From positions 28,658 to 92,657 of the IMG/VR virus record IMGVR_UViG_2600255140_000004: 64,000 nt of DNA; one strand, 5' to 3'. The number at the start of each line of letters is the position of its first letter. The first letter of the stretch is position 1. Source of the DNA: a virus (taxonomy: Duplodnaviria; Caudoviricetes). The notes beneath the pieces were generated by a model, which saw nothing but the letters and a program-made list of their open reading frames with translations, was not told the DNA's origin and searched no databases. The translations under genes and the position numbers were made by a program. Positions 58,305-64,000 of this stretch are shown here, in pieces.

Positions 58305-58921
58305 ATGGAACGGGAGGAATGGAATGTACGAACAATTAGATTTATTCCCTTATCTCAGCCAGCCGGAAACGCAGATGCCTTTTCTCCTTGCCCCGGGCAG
58401 GAAAACTACGTTGTTGACAAAGTGGAGGTTGAGAAGATGACTGTAGACGGTGAAGAGACGTGGGTTTGCGGCAACCGCAGATATTACAGGCTCCGCAGGG
58501 AGGCATGTATTTTACGACAAATAATGACGAGATAGGTGAAAGGACGTTTTTGGGCTATAGGGATGCAAAAGAAAAGGCTTGCGGGTATCTCCGGTCGCAT
58601 ACAGACATTATTCTTGCAGATGATGTTAAGCCATTGAGCATAGCCGCTTATTCTTATGTAAGGGCTTTTGATGACAGGGTAATGACCGCGTTCTACTGCG
58701 ATTTGGGGGATGCTATATATTACATCCAGGAGTTCATGACATTTCACTATATCTGCAAGGGGAAGAAATGGATTAAGAGGTTTATGGAGCAGCATGAATT
58801 TAAGCATGGGAACCCACAGGAGATCCAAGGATATGAACTGCGGTTTAAGAATATGTACAAATGCGTGAAACCGTCTGATTGGCTTTATGCGGAGAGCGGG
58901 TATTCGTATGCGGTGGGATAG
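58305..58921 (+). CDS. Hypothetical protein(s), possibly one gene frameshifted near 58500
   Basis: Two overlapping ORFs (58305-58535, 58460-58921). Confidence 0.45.
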
Positions 58922-59027
58922 GAGGAGCGTGAAATATTGAAATCAGGAGAGCAGGAATCTACGGCTTTAACCGAGAGAGGCCTAGGGAAATTAGGAAAGA
59001 TGTGTGAAAGATAAGATGGAAGGGCTG

Positions 59028-59234
59028 ATGGATATGAAAAGTGATATACCGGTTTGGGAGAAACTGAACATTACGATTGAAGAAGCTGCTGATTATTCAG
59101 GAATTGGAATGCACAAAATACGGGAGCTGATGAAAGAAAAAGACTGTGATTTTGTTCTTAAGATTGGCTCTAAAAAGAATCTTATTAAGAGGGTAAAGTT
59201 TGAAAAATATATTTTGGCACATGAGGCGATATAA
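59028..59234 (+). CDS. xis: Tn916-type excisionase
   Basis: IPVWEKLNITIEEAADYSGIG. Confidence 0.9.
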   Translation: MDMKSDIPVWEKLNITIEEAADYSGIGMHKIRELMKEKDCDFVLKIGSKKNLIKRVKFEKYILAHEAI

Positions 59235-59340
59235 AACAGATGTAAAAACTTAATAAAGATATAGATTTGTAAGCACAAGGTTTTTGTGGTATGATTGTAT
59301 ACACCATGAAAGCCTTTTTACATATGAAAGGAAGTATTGT

Positions 59341-60549
59341 ATGGGAAAAGACTTAAAAGGGAAGGAACTTGGGAAAGGTATCAGGCAAAATAAAAATGGG
59401 AGGTACGAGGCAAGGTATGTAGACAGGTTCGGAAACCGGAAATCAGTTTATGCAACAAGCAGGGTGGAAATCCGTAATAGACTGCAAATGGCGTTAAGGG
59501 AGAATATAGAAAAAGAATCTGTAAAGAAACGCATGACGGTGAGGCAATGGTATAACGAATGGATGGAAGTTTATAAGGCCCCAGTCATCCGCCCTAATAC
59601 AAAACGCCATTATGTACATATTTTTGAAACGCATATATTGCCGGAACTGGGAAACATATATATAGAAGAAATCCGGCAGATTCATGTTAAAAACCTGATT
59701 AATGTTTTGGATAAGAAGGGATACCAGTGGGAAACCCAAAATAAAGTGCGGATATTGCTTGTGGATATGTTTAATATCGCAGTAGAAAACGAATATGCAT
59801 TGCGGAATCCGGCGAAGGGTGTAAGGTTGTCAAAAAACAAGCCGAATGACAGGTTTGTGCTGTCGGTAGAGCAGCAGGCGGATTTTTTTGAGTGTTCGGC
59901 GGGCACGTTTTATGATAATCTCTTTACCGTGGCTGTTAATACCGGACTGAGACCGGGTGAAATTTGTGCATTGGAGGAATCGGATTTAGATTTTGTAAAC
60001 CATACGATTTCCGTAACCAAAACACTGTTATATCAGAAATTTGACGGAGATGATGGCAAGGAATTTCATATTGGTGATCCGAAAACTTATTCCAGTATCA
60101 GAACGGTGCCGATGAATTCAAAATGCAAGGAAGCTCTGAAAAAGCAATTACGTGTTAAACGGGTATTGTCCCAAAAGTATAAAAAAACAGGAGAATTTGC
60201 CAATCTGATATTTACTACAAAGTTTAATACCCCGATATGTTCTGTTGTACTGAATGATGCAATAAAACGTATTGTTGGCGAAATTAATTTGCAGAGAGAT
60301 GACACAGAACTGTTTCCAATATTTTCAGCGCACACGTTCAGACATACATTCGCTACACGCTGTATTGAATCTGGCATCCTGCCCAAAACTGTGCAAAAGT
60401 ATTTAGGGCATGCAACCCTTCAAATGACGATGGATTTATATGTGCATGTCACTGATGAATTTAAGCAGGAAGAGTTAAAGAAATTGGATATGGCGTTTAC
60501 TGCGAAAGATTCTGACGCAATGCTCATAGATGGGGTAAAAATGGGGTAA
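59341..60549 (+). CDS. int: Tyrosine integrase
   Basis: MGKDLKGKELGKGI, TGLRPGE, HTFRHTFATR, LGHATLQMTMDLY. Confidence 0.95.
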   Translation: MGKDLKGKELGKGIRQNKNGRYEARYVDRFGNRKSVYATSRVEIRNRLQMALRENIEKESVKKRMTVRQWYNEWMEVYKAPVIRPNTKRHYVHIFETHILPELGNIYIEEIRQIHVKNLINVLDKKGYQWETQNKVRILLVDMFNIAVENEYALRNPAKGVRLSKNKPNDRFVLSVEQQADFFECSAGTFYDNLFTVAVNTGLRPGEICALEESDLDFVNHTISVTKTLLYQKFDGDDGKEFHIGDPKTYSSIRTVPMNSKCKEALKKQLRVKRVLSQKYKKTGEFANLIFTTKFNTPICSVVLNDAIKRIVGEINLQRDDTELFPIFSAHTFRHTFATRCIESGILPKTVQKYLGHATLQMTMDLYVHVTDEFKQEELKKLDMAFTAKDSDAMLIDGVKMG

Positions 60550-60573
60550 AGTACATATTTTAAATGGGGTACA
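60530..60573 (+). repeat. Integrase arm-type repeats at the right end
   Basis: ATGGGGTAAA at 60530 and 60541; ATGGGGTACA at 60564. Confidence 0.7.
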
Positions 60574-60792
60574 AAAGCTCGATAAACCGCTAAAATAAGG
60601 GATTCTTGTATGGTGAAACCGTGTCAACTGACTTAATTATTACGTATATCAGCAGACGCCGTATGAATTTATTGATACCTCCGAAATATCTAGTAAATAA
60701 AGGGGTTTGGCTTAATTTTATAAAAAAGATGTAAAGCTCTTGATAATTCAATAGACTTTACATCTTTTAATTTATGCGGTATTCAATTGTGA

Positions 60793-60978
60793 TTATTCTT
60801 TTATCCTGTCAATGTCTGTAATATTTACACCTGATGCAGTAAGAATTGCTTTTAAGTCTGTGTATCTTTCGTGCATTTCTTTGTAGGCTGCTGACTTTTT
60901 ATCTTCTGTTAGAATCATATATTTTTGCAATCTAGAAAACTCTTCAATGTTTTTTTGTATCATTTCTTTTTCAGTCAT
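60793..60978 (-). CDS. Small hypothetical protein
   Basis: AAGGCGGTGA RBS; 61 aa. Confidence 0.7.
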   Translation of the reverse strand: MTEKEMIQKNIEEFSRLQKYMILTEDKKSAAYKEMHERYTDLKAILTASGVNITDIDRIKE

Positions 60979-61260
60979 ATAATCACCGCCTTTTGTTGTG
61001 GTTGTTAATGTTAGTACAAGTATATCACATGGGGAATGTAAAGTCTATTATATTATCAAAGAATGACAAAAAGCAATTAAATTATATAGATAATAAATAT
61101 CCGTATAATCCATTCCATCTAAATGCGTGAATCCATAGAATTATAATGTATCTTCGATTTTGTACAAATATATAAAAGAGCGATATTAAGGGGGTGTTCC
61201 GAGATGCCCCTTTTTGTGTCTCGTATTGTACGTTACAATTAATTTACTGGAAAAATATGG

Positions 61261-62184
61261 ATGCGGGGTGCAAAAGATGTGGAACTGATTTTACGGATAT
61301 TTAATGAAAATCGCAAATGTTATGTAGAATGGAAGCAAATTATGAACGCAGTGCTTCTGGTGATAATATTGGCGGGAGCGTGCCATTATACCTCTGAGCC
61401 TGCGGTATATAAACCTGGGAATATGAGGGGAAAAGTATCTCCGGTAAGAACTTATACCGTTCCTTGTACGCAGGTGGAGATGGGTGTATTGGCGGATCAA
61501 TTTACCGGTGCGGGGAAGGAGGAGACGGAAACAGAAACAGGCATGGGCATAGATGCTTCTGCTGCTGCGGATACCGGGCGGCCCTTGAATACCGATGCCG
61601 GGGCTATAACTTCTGATGGGGCGGATAGTATCAGGCATATTGCCGGGAAGAAGGATAAGGCAAGTGCGAAAGAGAAAGCCAATACTGGCAGAGGAGCCCG
61701 GACTTTCATACGGATTGAGGAGGAGGCTTCCGGTATAGAGAACCAAACGGAAAGTAATCCGGCTCTTCCGGCCGCAGATGTAATGAAGGATATAGGGAGC
61801 GCGGATATAACGGACGTATTCGCAAAGATTCCGGAGCAGATAATTCAAAAAGAAATTTCGGGATTTATATGTGATGAAAGAGGATGTATCACAGGCTATT
61901 CGAATTCGGCGGAATTTATGAAAGACGGACTTGTAGTATTACCGGCAAACCGTGTATGTACTGGAATTAAGGCGGGTGCATTTAAGGGGTTGGAGGCGGG
62001 TATATTTGAAATTTATATTCCGGCGAATATTACATATATCGAGAAGGATATTTTTGATTCTTTGTATAATTTGATTTTTATAGAGGTGTCTCCTCAGAAT
62101 ACGAAATTTTATTCTCAAAATGGAATATTGTATACCAGGGATGGAAGATTATTTGCGCATCCGAACAGGCAGATGAAAAAATAA
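61261..62184 (+). CDS. Exported protein with C-terminal BspA-like LRR (likely start 61342)
   Basis: IKAGAF, IYIPANITYIE, FYSQNGILY. Confidence 0.7.
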   Translation: MRGAKDVELILRIFNENRKCYVEWKQIMNAVLLVIILAGACHYTSEPAVYKPGNMRGKVSPVRTYTVPCTQVEMGVLADQFTGAGKEETETETGMGIDASAAADTGRPLNTDAGAITSDGADSIRHIAGKKDKASAKEKANTGRGARTFIRIEEEASGIENQTESNPALPAADVMKDIGSADITDVFAKIPEQIIQKEISGFICDERGCITGYSNSAEFMKDGLVVLPANRVCTGIKAGAFKGLEAGIFEIYIPANITYIEKDIFDSLYNLIFIEVSPQNTKFYSQNGILYTRDGRLFAHPNRQMKK

Positions 62185-62614
62185 GGCAGCAATATTTGCT
62201 GTTTTATTTTTTTATAACGTCATATAATATAATGAAGAAAGTTTGCTGAAAGAAGAATAAATTTTAAATTCAATTTTCAGAAAATTCGGTTGACTATTTG
62301 AGAAATATTTTTGGAAGTTTGACAATTATATATAAATAGAAATTATGTTATTTGTGCATTTATGCCAATTGAAAAAAAGAAAGGAAATAATAAAAAGAAA
62401 AACTTGACAAAAATATTGCTTATAAAACAAGGATAGTTATGGGATTAACAATATTCAACTGAAAGAAAACTCTTTACATTATAGTGATTATGACGAATAG
62501 TGTGTCAATTTAATAACAATGATTGATATATATAAAAATTTAAGCTACAATATAAAAGAGAATAATAGACAGAGCACGTACATGACATTCAGCAATGAGA
62601 GAAAGGGGAACATT

Positions 62615-64000
62615 ATGTTAGATACTATTGACAATATTGTTGGAAAAATCAATGGTGTGGCATGGGGCTGGCCCATGATTTTCCTGTTATTGGGGACACA
62701 CGTATTTTTGACAATCAGAACGGGATTTATCCAGAGGCATACGGTTGCAAGAGGCATTAAGCTGTCAGTTACGAAAGATCCGGACGCTGAGGGTGAGGTT
62801 TCAAACTTTGGAGCGTTGACGACGGCGCTGGCGGCGACGATTGGAACGGGTAATATTATAGGTGTGGGCACTGCTATCGCATTGGGCGGGCCTGGTGCAG
62901 TTCTTTGGTGCTGGCTTACCGGCGTATTCGGAATTGCTACGAAATATGCAGAGTCTTACATAGCCGTAAAGTACAGAGTTAAGACGGAAGACGGGCGTAT
63001 GCAGGGTGGTGCTATGTACGCGTTGGAGCGCGGCCTGAACATGAAGTGGCTCGGTATGCTGTTTGCCATACTTGCAGGCTTTGCATCCTTTGGTATCGGC
63101 TGTGCGACACAGGTTAACGCCATTGCTACGGTATGTAAAGAGAACTTTGGCATTCCGCTTTGGATCGTAGGCATTGTTATTGCTGTTCTTACGGCAGTCG
63201 TAATCTTTGGCGGAATTAAGTCAATCGCAAGCGTATGTGAGAAGCTCGTTCCGTTTATGGCGGTGTTTTATGTACTTGGATGTATCATTATCCTTGGTAT
63301 GAACTATGATTTTATTATTCCGGCAATCGGCACAATCTGTAAGCTGGCGTTCACTCCGGGGGCAGCGGCAGGCGGTCTTGTAGGTACAGGTATCAGAATG
63401 GCTATCCAGTACGGTGTTGCCAGAGGTCTGTTTTCAAATGAATCCGGTCTTGGTTCCGCTCCGATCGCGGCGGCGGCAGCTCAGACAAGAAACCCGGTTC
63501 GTCAGGCTCTTGTTTCCTCTACAGGTACATTCTGGGATACAGTCGTTGTATGTGCAATGACCGGTCTTGTACTTGTTACTACTATCATGAAGAATCCGTC
63601 GATCAATGCGGATCAGATTGACAACGGCGGCGTACTTACTTCTATGGCATTTGGCCAGATTCCGGTAATCGGGCCGGTTATCCTTACATTGGGAATTATT
63701 TCCTTTGCATATTCTACAATTCTTGGCTGGGCATATTACGGCGAACGGTGCGTAGAGTATTTTGCAGGCAAGAAGGGGCTTATCCCTTACCGTATTCTTT
63801 ATATCGCAGTGGCAGCGATTGCGCCGGTAGTGGCTCTTGACCTTGTATGGCTTATTGCAGATACGTTGAATGCATTTATGGCGATACCGAACCTGATTGC
63901 GGTGCTGTTGTTATCCAATGTTATGGTTGCAGATACGAAGAAGTATATTAATAATCTTGACGCAAAGGATGACACTCCGGTTCCGGTTATCAAGGAATAG
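62615..64000 (+). CDS. Alanine/glycine:cation symporter (AGCS family)
   Basis: LAATIGTGNI, GGPGAVLW, RGLFSNESGLGSAPIA. Confidence 0.95.
   Translation: MLDTIDNIVGKINGVAWGWPMIFLLLGTHVFLTIRTGFIQRHTVARGIKLSVTKDPDAEGEVSNFGALTTALAATIGTGNIIGVGTAIALGGPGAVLWCWLTGVFGIATKYAESYIAVKYRVKTEDGRMQGGAMYALERGLNMKWLGMLFAILAGFASFGIGCATQVNAIATVCKENFGIPLWIVGIVIAVLTAVVIFGGIKSIASVCEKLVPFMAVFYVLGCIIILGMNYDFIIPAIGTICKLAFTPGAAAGGLVGTGIRMAIQYGVARGLFSNESGLGSAPIAAAAAQTRNPVRQALVSSTGTFWDTVVVCAMTGLVLVTTIMKNPSINADQIDNGGVLTSMAFGQIPVIGPVILTLGIISFAYSTILGWAYYGERCVEYFAGKKGLIPYRILYIAVAAIAPVVALDLVWLIADTLNAFMAIPNLIAVLLLSNVMVADTKKYINNLDAKDDTPVPVIKE

Larger units (their letters stand above)
6600..60670. mobile_element. Large integrative element (phage-like early region plus replication/export paralogs); left boundary unresolved
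   Basis: Terminal xis/int with arm repeats at 59-60.6 kb; phage/plasmid gene families throughout; core-gene paralogs outside their normal operons. Confidence 0.75.

Noticed and set aside
6600-60670. Firm classification as prophage or ICE
   Set aside because: No terminase/capsid/tail and no VirB4/VirD4/relaxase for the large element within the window
1-64000. CRISPR array, reverse transcriptase (retron/DGR/group II intron), rRNA
   Set aside because: No repeat-spacer periodicity, no RT motifs in the ORFs, no rRNA-like sequence

Overview
Most of this window is accessory DNA from a gut Clostridia (Lachnospiraceae-like) genome. (1) A ~5.1 kb Tn916-family integrative mobilizable element (~915-6011: xis/int, MOBT-type Rep_trans relaxase, XRE regulator, RibD-like cargo) has inserted into an AT-rich membrane-protein gene, and both halves of that gene are still readable. 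(2) The right part of a very large integrative element (at least ~6.6-60.7 kb, left end not resolved) ends in a second xis/int pair. Its first part (~6.7-17.6 kb) looks like a phage early region: PAPS-reductase-like protein, adenine and cytosine methyltransferases, YopX, HNH nucleases, AbrB, tRNA-Val(CAC). Its second part (~17.7-58.9 kb) carries paralogs of core machinery: a replisome kit (DnaE, DnaN, SSB-like, LigA, 5'-3' exonuclease, UvrD, RecD2, ParB), an export/anchoring kit (SecY, signal peptidase I, lipoprotein trigger factor, sortase B, surface proteins) and two sigma factors. (3) Probable host genes from ~61.2 kb. The most notable signal is non-coding and appears to be a layered regulatory programme. 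About 20 genes share a CAWATT-N6-G promoter-like motif. About 11 share a TCATTA..AGGAGG leader. A tandem pair of candidate sRNAs (20266-20445) carries seeds complementary to that leader. Five genes have the Shine-Dalgarno separated from the start codon by a GC-rich hairpin. No capsid/tail, T4SS, CRISPR or reverse transcriptase genes are visible. All family assignments come from motifs read by eye, not from database searches.
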